Shown here: piece by piece, positions 42,501-54,560 of the stretch | Position numbering within the stretch: the first letter of the stretch is position 1 | Layout: the number at the start of each line of letters is the position of its first letter | From: Antedon mediterranea | Taxonomy: Eukaryota > Animalia > Echinodermata | Assembly (NCBI RefSeq): GCF_964355755.1 | Contig: NC_092672.1 | Location: 18,303,237 to 18,367,236, forward strand | Reading direction: 5' to 3' | Length of the DNA: 64,000 nucleotides | Position numbers and translations under genes: made by a program | The notes under the pieces: model-generated | Database searches by the model: none | What the model was told of the DNA's origin: nothing | Seen by the model: the letters and a program-made list of their open reading frames with translations, nothing else

Positions 42501-44861
42501 GCTACAATTACAGCGAACACAACAAAACGTCCAAAACTCAAAAATTTCCCAACGCTTAGAAAAAAGTCCAATTTACTCAGTAGGACAACTCGTATATTTA
42601 TACAAGCCAACATCATCATCACTAACAGCAAATTCAAAGAAAATCGCCGCAGAATGGGTCGGACCATTAGTGATTCATGAAGTACTAGACAGAACACACT
42701 ACATCCTAGCGACGATTAAAGGAGAAATACTTCGCGACGTATTCAATTATAACAGACTGAAACCCTGTTTTATGAGAACACCCAAAGAACGCAAAAATTT
42801 TACACATCTCCAAAAACTTAAACAATTGTTGAATGAACCAACCGATGATAATAACGATAAAATCCAAAACACCATTAATGTAGTAAATGACGAAATCAAT
42901 GTTGAATTTGTAGACGAACATGATAGGACACCCGCCCAATTGCAATCAGATACCCTTACACATCCAACTAAGATAGAACCCCTTAACTTGCAACCTTACA
43001 TTGACTGTGTAGAGAATAACATGGGATTAGCAGCCCCATTCCAAATGAAAGAAGAACAAATAAAGGAACAAACTAATCTAATTATGACAGCACCTAATGA
43101 TTCAAATATGACATTAAACCGAGGTAGATTTAAAGCAGGACATTTCCAAGTTTTAGTTTCGTATTCTAAACCGACTTCAGCCAAACGCAACACTGATAAA
43201 ACAAAACACGAATCTAATGATCGCAAATTTTGGTGGAATATTGACAGATATAACGATACAGATAAATTGATTAAAGAGATCATTAAAGATAAACAGATAC
43301 CGATAAGTGGATCGCCAAAACGATTCATAAAACGTTTGTATAATGCAACAAATTACTGATTTAAATTTTTTTTGCAAGATTATTTTAAATTACGACATTT
43401 GCTAAATTATTGATAGCATAGTCTACGTATTTGATAAGATTTGTTTAGTAATGATGTGATTTCAGTTAAAAGAGAATTGAATTTATGTTTAAGTATTGAT
43501 TTTGTAACGAGTTTTTTTGATAATGATTAATTTTGAATTTTGATGATCGATATATTGAGATATTGAAAAGAACGACAATCATTTTGTAACAAATATTTTG
43601 TTGAACCTTTGAGTCGTTAATCTCAAGCATTAATTAATTGATATACAAGAACAGGAGATTTTCTTAGTACTTTTAATTTTAATATTTTTTAAATTGAGTA
43701 CAAAAGTCGAATTTGTCGATTGATTGAAATCGTAATTACCTGTAAATATAAATGCTTAAATCGATAAAGTTGCGACGATAATGATATATTGTGGATAAGT
43801 TTGTGTCAACGGGACACACACATTTGTTTCTTTAAAGTTTTAAGTGATTAAGTTTGATATTTGATTTTAGGCTAATCAGCCACAGTTTCTTGAGTTTTAT
43901 GTTTTGATTTGATTTATGTTTAAAGACCATTAGAACGCGATGAGTTGTCGCACGATTTGATGTATGTTCAATGTAACATACTATTTTTTTTAAGTTTTGT
44001 AATTTTATTTTCAACTGATTTATGTTTGATTTACGCGAATTTTATACCAAATTCATTTTTAATTTCATTTTTTTAAGAGAGAGAAGAGAGAGAGTGAAAG
44101 TGATAAGGTTACACTTCAGAGTCAATGGTTTTGGCTAACTCAATTTTTGCATATATGTATAATAATGTTTTTTTTCTTTTATATAACTTTAATTTTGCAT
44201 GCCACTATTATAACCATTTTTATATGTTAAATAGATTAGAAAAAAAAAAGGAAAACAGAGGGATGTAATATAAGGATATACTTTTATATTTAAGAAATTG
44301 ACCTTTGTATCGGAATTCAAATAGGTTCACAAACTTGACCCAGAAAGTCCAAAGGAGAGTTTGTCCAGATGTTTTAATGACCATTTAGTTTATAATAGAA
44401 TCCCTAAAGAAAACACTTAGCTTAACCTTGCGACCGTTCCCATCGTAAAACAATTAGATAATGACAGTTTTAAGCAGAGATTTGACAGGGCCAATTCATC
44501 ATTGTAACCTCCCCAGATAAGATCAATCACTCCCACTTAAACACCCCTGGATCAACTTAGGACCAATCGTTACCCTCACAGATGATGTAATGACATTATG
44601 CAAATGAACTGAGCCAATATACTCCCAAGTTTCAGAAGGGCCCAGACACACCTTACAGCCACCTCACGGAGCACACACCTCACAGCAGACCTACACACTT
44701 CACACCTCACCGACAGCATCATTGACCGTCCGTTCCTTATGTATACTTATAGTTGTATATTGTACTGAAGTATTATACTGAATAAACAATATATGTGTTA
44801 CGACAGTCAAGCGAGTAAGAGTCTTTCATTAGTACCTCAACAACCCAAACATTATATTACA
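39578..44861 (+). mobile_element. Gypsy LTR retrotransposon B, young, with gag/protease deleted
   Basis: TSD ATAC (39574-39577 / 44862-44865). The 5' LTR remnant 39578-39678 is identical to the start of the 3' LTR 44264-44861. PPT lies before 44264. Confidence 0.95.
39701..43359 (+). pseudogene. Gypsy B pol: RT, RNase H, Pro/Thr-rich linker, integrase (one frameshift at ~41940)
   Basis: DFRYLN, IDLKSAF, QGLNVSP, HHDD, LYSDTS, YSVTELEL, FVDHSA, ADFLSR, H..SHQG..CLRC, LDF..ISD..VER, GPF-like WVGPL. Confidence 0.93.
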
Positions 44862-44876
44862 ATACCAAGAAAGGGG

Positions 44877-45236
44877 CATACTCTTCTTCCTCTGTTTCAT
44901 GCATTTCAGCCATGTTGTATACTTTGTGTCTATGATGGAATTAAATAATAGTATTAAATCGGGGTATATTAAATACTGATTTGATATGCACTGTGACTGG
45001 TCTAGGCTATGTGTGGACTACGCTAGCTACTACTACTATACTATGCATATATATTTGTACGTAAACCTATCCTATCCCCGGGGGGTCACTTGTATATAAA
45101 CCAAACAGCAAAAACAAAACAAGCAGCAGCCACTTCAAGACATAAGGCACTTGTGCTACCTGTTTTATTTAATTCCATCATAGACACAAACTATACAACA
45201 TGGATGAAGTGCATGAAACAGAGGAAGAAGAGTATG
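44877..45236. repeat. 72-bp inverted duplication (44877-44948 / 45165-45236)
   Basis: catactcttcttcctctgtttcatgc...ggaattaaataa versus its reverse complement, 3 mismatches. Confidence 0.92.
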
Positions 45237-45657
45237 GAAGTGACAACGATATTTTTTTTATTCTGTTCCAAGACTATATTTATATGAAACGCAATATTCA
45301 ACAACCGAGATAGAGCGCAGAAGAAAGAAGAATAATAATCCTGTACAGTTGCACCCCTGCCAACGGCTTTAGTAAGTAGACTGAATGACAGTTTTTTGTG
45401 TACATGTGGTTTTTGTACACCAATGGCAACGGAAGACGAATGTGTATGTTGCAATGAAGTTCAACAAACATTGTCTTTGTTAGAGAGAGATAGGTCTACT
45501 AAAACTCCAATGGAAGATGACGATTTATTAATATAGTGCATTACATCTCATTGTGATCTTGAGCACACTTAAATACAAGTACATTTTTTCGAAGTCATCG
45601 ACACAACTGAAAAAAATGTCTAAAACCAAGGGGCCTACATGGCAAACTAAATAATGA
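45200..45657 (+). pseudogene. KolX / P2X7-ballast-like Cys-rich protein fragment (Kolobok accessory ORF)
   Basis: Acidic start MDEVHETEEEE, then SRLNDSFLCTCGFCTPMATEDECVCCNEV..CITSH; stops present. Confidence 0.7.
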
Positions 45658-46399
45658 GTATTTAAAAGCTTTTGGTTTTTTATTCAAGATATCTTTCTTC
45701 CTTTATATTTCTAATATTCTTCCTACATAATACATAAATTTTTCCACTAGTTCCATTGTGTTAAACTCTAATCAAGAGCACTAGAAGCACAAGAATATGT
45801 TTTGTTTTTAAAAATACATTTGACCACTAAATCTGTTTTGCATGACCATGTTTTCAAAAGTCACTATAATATAACCATTTACTATATAGTGTAAAGGCCA
45901 AATGAAGAAGTTTATTTGACTATTACTATTAATTAACGGTACTTTGTTTATTGTGTGGCTCTAGGAAGCTAAATTAGCTCATTGTTCCACTTGAGTGACT
46001 CCTTGCTGATTGGCTAGTTAGGAGAGCTCACAGGTGGCATTATTATGCAAATTAGCTCACTGTGTTTTGTGGCCAAGTTAGTACAAGACAATGGTGGTTA
46101 ATTTACACTACAGTTAGTGTATTACTTTGCCTAGGCCTACTTTTGGTAAGCATATACTTAGATATACATAAGATTAGGAGGCAGGCATATCATCTTTATG
46201 ACACTATTGTAGTAACTATTGAGTTAATCATGATTTGTGAACTTGGGCGTGGCGGAGAATTTCTAGACGGAAATAATTATATAGGAGCATTGTAACCGCC
46301 ACGTTAGATTATCGTCATGCATTAGCAAGCCTACAGTATGTCAAATAAATACAGTACTCATTTGTGGATTCTGAATAATATAAGCATTAACAAAAAGGC

Positions 46400-46755
46400 T
46401 GATCATGAGTACGGCAGGATTAATTGATGATAGTACAAGAAGGCGTAGAGTTCCAACTGAGAAAGGTCTTGAATATAATAAAGATTTAAAGTTGAGGAAT
46501 ATTCATTACAGTTTTAAGGCCGAAAAAACGTAAACGAACGTATTCAGTATGTGAAGGGGAGTAATCCTGATTTGGAAGTTATGAGAAATGAATATAAGGC
46601 ATGGATGAGCATGTATGAAGAATAGGAATGATGATTATTATGCGCTGTTGTCTGACGAGGAACGTGTTAGTTATAAAATTAAATGGTATGATGAAAGAAG
46701 CAATTGGCTTGGCAATTTTAGGGTTCAATGCAAGAATGGTTTGGAATAGCTTCCA
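46400..46755 (+). pseudogene. BEL/Pao gag N-terminal fragment
   Basis: RRRRVPTEKGLEY motif typical of BEL Gag N-termini; preceded by an LTR-like TGTAAC segment at ~46291. Confidence 0.45.
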
Positions 46756-47890
46756 GGGGCGGATTGCAATAGACTTTGTCTTAGGCTTAGATCTAAGCCC
46801 TAAGCCCCTCGCGAAAGTCTTAGTTAAGCCTCTCAGCAAAGTCGATTGCAATATTGCGGTCTAAGCTAAGCCTGATAGAAAACCTTAGTTACCACCGTTG
46901 AGGGCATTCTTTGTGTGTACAAAATAATAAAAGCTATCGTAAATAGATAAACGCCCTCAAGCTATAGACAAAATAACACGTGGGTAAAACTTGCGCGAGG
47001 AAGTGCTATCAATCATTAAATGACTTTTCTAACAACCAATAACAACACGCCATTAACTACAAAAAGGGATGATTTATGAATATTTATGAGACCCTCGCAA
47101 CCGTGTACATTGCATGTGTGGATTTTAAGGAGGTGTGTGTAAACGAAATATTAGAACAAAATCAAAACACATTTTTATACCACTGACGGCTGAATATTAA
47201 TTACATATAGGCCTAATTAGTAAGTTTTATATTGTTTATTGCTACTACTTTACTCTACTGTAGGCCTAGGCTCCTCTCTATCTAGGCCTAGCTAGTACGT
47301 ATTATTAGTAGTAATGTACTGCATAAATCATACAGCCCGTGGCCTCTAGCTAATTAATTAGTGTAGGCCTAGGCTAGGCCTATCTTTCATTCAAGATTAA
47401 ATTATACTTATTTATTATGCATGTGTAGCCGGCAAATGTACTAACTAGCCTGTAGAGTAAATAGACGGGTGTCACGAAACCTAAGACCACGAAAGCTCAG
47501 ACCCCCTAAAACCTAAGATCACGAAAGCTAAGACCCAACACCTAAGATTACAAATACTAAGATAAGAAAGACATTTTGAACTCCAAATTTTCGTCGAGAG
47601 TTTCTTGCATTCAAAGGCCGAAGCATGGAAAGAAGTTTTAAATAGCGTAAATGCCGTAAATGGAGAGGTCAATCGAACCGTCGATGAGATTAAAAAGAAA
47701 TGGAAAAATTTATTGGCAGATGCCAAAAAAGATTTAAACCGTCAAAAAAAATCCTCCTACTGGAGGGGGTCCACAATTTCATATGCCAAAATGTAGTGAG
47801 ATGGTAATCAATGTCTACGGTGGGGAAGACTCCAGTTTGTTTGCTGGTTTATCCAGTGGAGTTGAAAGTTCAATAGAGAGAAATGGCGAA
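46755..47890 (+). mobile_element. Harbinger 5' end with a Myb/SANT-like (trihelix) fragment
   Basis: AGGGGCGGATTGCAATA terminus; KAEAWKEVLNSVNAVNGEVNRTVDEIKKKWKNLLADAKK (47614-47730). Confidence 0.7.
47467..47563. mobile_element. Orphan TIR of the GGGTGTCACG MITE
   Basis: Near-identical to 49735-49831, then breaks off into the Myb coding region. Confidence 0.85.
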
Positions 47891-48031
47891 CTGCGATGAC
47901 GTCACTCAAATACTATAGGCCTAGTCTAATGTAGACCTACAGATATGAGATATTTTTAGGAATATGATTGTGAATGATGGATGACTTTTATACATATTTC
48001 ATTGTTTTATTGGTTTATTTTCAGTTATATA

Positions 48032-49410
48032 ATGCCACGACACTACTGTATTGCATTTGGTTGCAACAATGTGTCATCCGAACATCCCGAACTGTCGTAT
48101 CACAGTGTACCGTCACACAACCATCTCCTAAGAAATAAGTGGTTCAACCGCATAAAAAGAGACAAACGGCATTTGGCGTTAACATCATCTGCGAAGGTGT
48201 GCTCAAGTCATTTTCATCAACAAGATTTCTGTAACCCAACATAAAAAAACAGACGGCGTCGACTAAAACCAGATAGTGCACCTTCAAAATTTGCTTGGAC
48301 CATACCTGCAGCTGGCGAGTCATCTTCAGAGGATGATAAAGTACGGTCTGCCTTTAAAAAGCGTGAAGATTTCAGGGCTGAGCAAGAGGATGAAACAAAT
48401 ACCGCTTCTGAGGGAAAATGCGACATTTTCCCTGAAAATCCAGAAATTATTTCAAAGTCAACTCAATACAGAAAAGTGGATTTATACTGAAGGTAAAGGA
48501 GATGAAGTAGAAGAATGCCATCACTCATTCTCAGTAAACCAACTCTACTATAAGTGCCATACAGAAAAAATGGAGTACAAAATTTTCATGCATTTTACTG
48601 GGTTCCCATCAAAACAGCGTTTCATTGATTTTGCTCAATTTGTTATACCAACATTTGACAATGATGATATTGTTTATTGGAACACCAATTGCTTGAGGTT
48701 GGTTTAGAGAACACTGAAGACGAGACCGATAGTCTAGACCATACCCGCCAGAAAAGTCGTAAGATGACTGTTTGGAATGAGTTGCTACTGACATTGATGA
48801 AACTACGAACAGGGTGTTCAAATATCGACCTAGCAGTCCGGTTCAACATTGCCGAAGGAACAGTGTCAAATAAAGTAATCACACATGTAAATCTACTTTA
48901 TACAACTCTTCTCTTTTTAAAGAAGTATCCAAATACAGTTATTATAATAGATGCTACTGTACAGAGGTTTTCATTCAAATCCCAAGTTCTCTACAAAAAC
49001 AAAGTGAAAGCTACTCACAATATAAGCACCACACTACTATGAAAGGGCTTCTTGGTGCTGATCCTAAAGGAGGGGTTATCTTTGTTTCACAATTATTTGA
49101 GGGGTCAATCAGTGACAAAGAACTCATCAATAGAAGTGGGTTCCTAAATGTTTTAAAGGCAAAAATTAATTGCGTTGAAATTCATAAAGGTGACATTGTT
49201 ATGGCTGATCGTGGTTTTCTTATTGAGGATGAACTAAGGGCTATGGGTTTAATTCACCACCTTTCCTGAAGGAGAAGGGTAACTTCAACGTAATTAAAAT
49301 CCAGACTGTAGCACAACATCGCATTCACATTGAAAGGGCTATTGGAAAAATAAAAACATTCATGATTTTCAAATCACATTAAACCAAATTTGGAAACTTT
49401 CAGAACCCTA
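48032..49410 (+). pseudogene. THAP + DDE_Tnp_4 transposase (ISL2EU/Harbinger-like) pseudogene
   Basis: MPRHYCIAFGC..P..W..VCSSHF..LKPDSAP (THAP); LLLTLMKLRTG..DLAVRF; IIDAT; YSQYKHHTTMK; SISD; MADRGF; RIHIERAIG. Confidence 0.9.
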
Positions 49411-49454
49411 TCCTGACAAATGAAAATAATGAAAACGTAGATAATGAAAATGTA

Positions 49455-49734
49455 CAGGGTTGGGTAGGTTTGGCCGGTATGCGTACCTTTTTATGGCCAG
49501 CGGGCGTCCCGGATATTGCGCAATATTTTTTCAATGGCAGCGTCCGCTCCGTGCGTGTGAGATACGTACAATGCGACAGAGGGCGTTATATTTAAATTTT
49601 CCGCGCGAGATCATCGGCCGGCGGGGAGAGAGTTGGTTTTCATTTTTAAGAGTTTAAATTTTTTTAAACCTAGGCCCACTGTAAACACTTTTGCCTATAC
49701 AAAGGAGCATACACTAGGCAATATAAATGAAAAG
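49455..49734 (+). mobile_element. Possible left end of a hAT/P-type DNA transposon
   Basis: CAGGGTTGGGTAGGTTTGGCCGG start followed by a CpG-rich subterminal region; partner end not found. Confidence 0.3.
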
Positions 49735-50815
49735 GGGTGTCACGAAACCTCAGACCACGAAAGCTCAGACCCCCTAAGACCTAAGATCACGAAAGCTAAG
49801 ACCCAACACCTAAGATTACAAATACTAAGATATACTACAGCTTAAAAACAATACTTGTTTATCCATACATAATTTTAAACACAGTAGGTTTCATTTATTA
49901 CCATAAATATAATTTAATACTACCGCAAAACATAGATAAACTCACATTAGTTTCGCCCGTTGAGTAAATGTATATTTTTTCTTTACAACAAACAAACTTG
50001 ACGGGTTGTTTGTTGGTATATATTTACTCCATTGTGTTGGTTCAGAGGATGTTTTTCTTACGCACCTGCCTTTCTTGTATTTTGACTCCAAATTTGTTGA
50101 CTAACTTTATCCTGAACACCACACTTTAAAATTAGGACTTATAAGTACTTTCAGAAGGAGAAACACATAATAACAAATAAATAAATCCTTTAAATTGATG
50201 ATTTTACAGATGTGTTTCTTTGTACTGTAATATATACTGTAATGACAATGTAACTCCTCGAGCTCCCCATGCTCAATGTTTTTGTTTCTATGGAGCGCCA
50301 AAAGAGCAACAATAATAGTACAAGTATAAAAACAGAAAGAAAACGAAACAAAAAAACTTATCATGATTTTTAAATTAAAATTTATTTGCCAGTATTTATT
50401 TCTTCGTACTTGCATGATTATACTATTATCATTACAATTTTAATTTTACATTGTTCCATCCACACTGTAGATGGACTCCACAGAGTTTTCAGCCCTCTAT
50501 ATAATTTTTGCTCTTTTGACGTTCCATAGAAACAAAAACATTGAACATGGCCCATGGGGTAGGCCTACTGTACTGTAGGCTAGTCATTTTGTGTGCGAGA
50601 AAAACGTTTGTAAAATCATCAATTTAAAAATGTATTTGTTACTTTTTATGTGATTCTTTTTCATGAAAGTGCCAATTCTAAGGTGTGGTATTCAGAATAA
50701 ATGTTGGGAGTTAAAATACAAGGCAGGTGCGAAAGATAAATATTTGTAATCTTAGGTGTTGGGTCTTAGCTTTCGTGATCTTAGGTCTTAGGGGGTCTGA
50801 GCTTTCGTGACACCC
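49735..50815 (-). mobile_element. GGGTGTCACG MITE copy 2, inverted relative to copy 1
   Basis: Same TIRs; 10-bp TSD AAATGAAAAG (49725-49734 / 50816-50825); the interior is the reverse complement of 16124-17195. Confidence 0.93.
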
Positions 50816-50833
50816 AAATGAAAAGGCTAGTAG

Positions 50834-51240
50834 TGTCGTGAGTCGAACAAACACGTCAAAGGAATAGACCAAAGACTGGATACGTTGTTTAGACGTTTAT
50901 TGGAACACAACTTCAAACTGATACAGATGTAGCAGAACGAAAAGATAAAAGTACAAACACCCCTGCAATGCCCTCATACAAGTAGCCAAACAATCAAGAG
51001 TCAACTCCACTCTGGTACACAGTCGTCTTTGTTCTTATCAATGCTCGAATTACATCAAGTTACACGCTCATAAAATAGTAAATAATCAAGGTTCTCATCT
51101 GTCTCTGCCAGACACGTCTTGTCTCTCTCAAGGGCAGGGTCTCAATCTCCCGCTCAGTGAGAGGAACGCGCTAGCCTAATTACTATCTCACTAGTCAAAT
51201 AAACATCCGCAGAAGAAACTGTAAAACATACTAGGCGTAA
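50834..51240 (-). mobile_element. LTR fragment in reverse orientation
   Basis: On -: AATAAA followed by a U5-like tract ending CACGACA; other end uncertain. Confidence 0.4.
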
Positions 51241-51339
51241 CGTTAAAATAAAATATCCCTCCCTCAGCAAAGTAGGTCTGGACAATCAAATAAATCCAGC
51301 CTCCGACATCAGCATTATTTAATAAACCAAGTTGAGTTC

Positions 51340-52080
51340 TAATAGCCTAGGCTAGGCCTACTAGCCTATATATAGGTTAGGCTAGCCTCCTACTAGGCCT
51401 AGCCTAGTTACTACTACTAGGCTAGAGCTAGGCCTAGTAGGCCCTAGCTAGTAATACTACTACTAGGCCTACCCTACTAACTAGGAGGGTATAGGCTAGG
51501 CCTAGCTAGCCCATACTATTTGTAGCCTAGGCTAGTGCATTATTTATATTGTTATTAGGCCTATCTAAAACAAGACTACCACTCTCTCTGTGTGGCTAGG
51601 GTATGGCCTATCTGAGTATCTAGACTAGCCTAGAGGTAGGAGGACTAGCTAGAATATAGCCTAGGCCATTATTAGTATTATAACATAGGCTGGGCCTAGC
51701 TACCTAGATTAGGCTAGCCCTATTTAGGCTTAGGCCTATTTTTAAAAAAGTCTGCCATACCATATAGTTTAGTACTATACTAAAAAGAGAGGCCCTTCAT
51801 AATTAAGGGGGTAAGGCTGCTCTTTTGACAGTGACAGCTAGGCTATAGTCTAGTTTGCCTAGCTAGTAGTAGTAGTAGTAGTAATATGACGCACCTCTCC
51901 CGGGGGTCGTATAGTGAGTCATACAATTGACAAGTGCATAATAATAGTTAGTAAGCCAGGCCTACAGTACTAACCTAATATACTAGTAGGCCAGCTAGGC
52001 CTACAATACTAGACTGGCTAGGCCATATCTAGAAAGGCCTATCTCATAGCTAGCTTTATTAGTATTTAGGCTATAGGTCC
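51340..52080. repeat. TAGGCCTA/CTAG-rich low-complexity region
   Basis: Dense taggccta, ctag and tagtag motifs. Confidence 0.8.
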
Positions 52081-52549
52081 ATGATTATGAAAACAATTGT
52101 AATCCTGTCTATTCTAAAGGTTGTCTACAACTACAGTAATTGTCAGTATACCTGTAATTATTATTGTTACTACTGTATTAATACAAGAACTCACTAATTT
52201 GTTTTTTAAATTTTTTTTTCATATTACAGCTGTGCCTGTTTCATCGTTTACAAAAATATTTTCAAGCTAGACTATACCTGTTAAATGGCCAAAAACGTAA
52301 GTAACATGGATCAGCAATCATTTATCAAAAGTATACATAAATTGAATAATAGTACCACTGATATCTATTTTAACGATTTTGATACCCCTCTTATTGTTAT
52401 GGAGTAGTCCTCTTAGGAGGCTTCTGATTGGTGGGTGGATTTGTAATCTAAGGAGGAAGAAACCCACATGTGAGGCAGTGGAGCTCCAACCTTGAACAGG
52501 AAGAGTCATAGGCTTAAAAATCATCTGATCCAATCCATACTAGGAATTA

Positions 52550-54560
52550 CTTTGTACTTGAAGTTACACGCAATTATTAGGTAGGGCATACGAATATCAT
52601 TTCTATTGTGTACTGTATCAGCAGTTGTGAAAAGAATAAAACGCCTCCTGAATTCGTAACAGATTGTAGTTTGTGCTTCTGTACGTGATATTACTTACTT
52701 ATCGTCGTCGGAATAACACCGACGCCGAACCCGCTAACGAGGCAGGGAAACGTTACACTGGTGGCAGCGGTGGGATTTAAGATTATTGTTGTTCTCATTT
52801 TGTAAGTAAATTATCCTTTGTTTGTGAATGTTAGTATGGAGGGGGATCTAATGAGTTTTAGTGATACCCTTCTACCGGATGAACCCGAACAAGCAACAGG
52901 TAGGCCTAGGCCTACGCTTGAAGACACAGGTTATACTGAACGTGAATCAGGTTACCAGTCAGTACGTGAGGATATTGCCAGCCGGGATAAACAGATAGGT
53001 CGAGATTCGGAGCCACTCGAGGAGAAACGTGATCCACCTAAACCTAGGAAGAGTCGTGTTACGTTGTTCCAGGATGTACGGGGAGCCGGACGGTTATTTT
53101 CGGAATTAGGGAAAAGTCCAAATCTTATAGCCAAGCTTGAAGCGGGCTATAGCACAGTAGAACCGTACGACATTCCAGTGGAACGAGAAGGCCTGAATAT
53201 TTTGTTAGTTACGGAAACGGGTGGGAGTACGAAACGAGTTGTACGTGGTACGAGCCAGGCCAATAGCTTACCGAGCCTAGGCCGAAATGTTTCAGAGGTA
53301 AGTATGGGACCCGAAGATGGGCTATTGCAGAGTACGGTACGAGTGAACCCAACACCGACGTGTGTTAACAGTTATGTTCCAGTAGTGGGACATTCAAATC
53401 CGGTTACGAGTACGGTTAACCGACCGACGGTCCGGCCTAAAAGCCAGATTTCTAGGATAGAACCGGTAACAGTACCAGAGCAATTGCCGCCTTTGAAACG
53501 AGAGAATGCCATTTATGAACGGGAGGCATTCGAACGGGTATTTGGGGACGCTGTGAAGCGGCCGGTGATTAATCCCGACCGGTACAAAGGAAAAGTTCCA
53601 TGGCGGACGCATTTTGAATCCTATAAATTAGCAAACGGGTGGATGAACGAAAAAGCAGCACCTTTCTAGCTGCATGTTTGAAGGGTCCTGCCCTGGGGAT
53701 ACTAGGGAACTTTGGACCGAAAGGATACAGTTACGAAGAATTGGTAGAGTCCCTTGAACATAGATTCGGGACGGCACAACAGTCAGCGAATTATCTGATG
53801 CAGTTAAGAATCCGCAGGCAGAAGGATGGAGAAACCCTGCAAATGTTAGGCCAAGTGATACGAGAATTGGCGAGCAGAGCCTATGGAGGAGAAGGAGCGA
53901 TTGGCGAAAGGGCATTTTATGGAGGCAGTAAGTGATCCCGAGGTACGAGAGGGGATCTTTAGAGCCCAAACACACTGGACGATGCAATCTTAGCGGCATT
54001 GAATATAGAGGCATTTCAGCAGATGGAAAAGCAGCGCACGCCTATTCAAAGCCGAAAACAGGTACGAGCCACTACGCAAGAGGAAAGTAGCGAAGAGCGG
54101 TTAAACAAGATGGAACGATCACTGAACCAGTTAACCGAATTTATCACTAACAATACTGGTAGCGGAGGAGAACGTCCTAGGAGCCGTGAACGAGGGAATT
54201 GGCAGAACCAGAATACAAGGACGGGTTGTTACCGCTGTGGTGAAATAGGGCATTTTGCTCGAGAGTGCAAATCTGAACGACCGTCGGGGAAACGATGGAC
54301 AACCAACCACAGGGGCCGGTGGAAGGTTGGGAAGCGACGGCGGCCCACCCAAACAGTAACGAGTGAACCAGACGACGCGACGGACCAGTTGGGGTGCACC
54401 AAACGTGTTAAGAAGGACCAAAGAGAGCCAGAAATCACGAGATCACATGAACCATTGTTTGACCCAAAAGAAGGATTGTACGTTAAAGCAACCGTAACAG
54501 AAACGCACCTGTTAGTAGATACCGGGGCAACAGGCACCTTGTTGTATACGGCTACAGACA
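52550..54560 (+). mobile_element. Gypsy C 5' part: LTR end, PBS, gag, protease
   Basis: LTR ends CGTTACA (52757). PBS TGGTGGCAGCGGTGGGAT (52759-52776) is complementary to a tRNA-Leu 3' end. Gag PDRYKGKVPW..ANGW, RRQKDGETL, CYRCGEIGHFAREC; protease LVDTGATGTL. Confidence 0.88.

Larger units (their letters stand above)
33481..44876 (+). pseudogene. Divergent P-element-like transposase pseudogene (33481-35355, 39484-39577, 44862-44876), split by hAT and Gypsy B
   Basis: LIAEDKT..YDQVSDSLVGF, GGSSDGDSRR, DQDPIHNLKK and GSEPCEIYFSQNG parallel P-type D/D/DxxH/E motifs. The last exon LSYDRLVRVQHQ|RQD..FSEY|QERG rejoins across both insertions. Confidence 0.65.

Noticed and set aside
39631-43377. Minus-strand ORFs overlapping pol genes, here and elsewhere in the window
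   Set aside because: Shadow frames of + strand coding sequence with no recognisable motifs
42900-44260. env gene of Gypsy B
   Set aside because: No separate ORF, signal peptide or transmembrane segment is visible after the integrase
36403-49410. Domesticated host genes (ZMYM1/THAP12-like, THAP, P2X7, MSANTD)
   Set aside because: All carry stops, frameshifts or deletions and lie inside TIR-bounded or fragmentary TE context, so no gene symbols were assigned
52759-52776. tRNA gene
   Set aside because: Only an 18-nt primer-binding site next to an LTR; no cloverleaf
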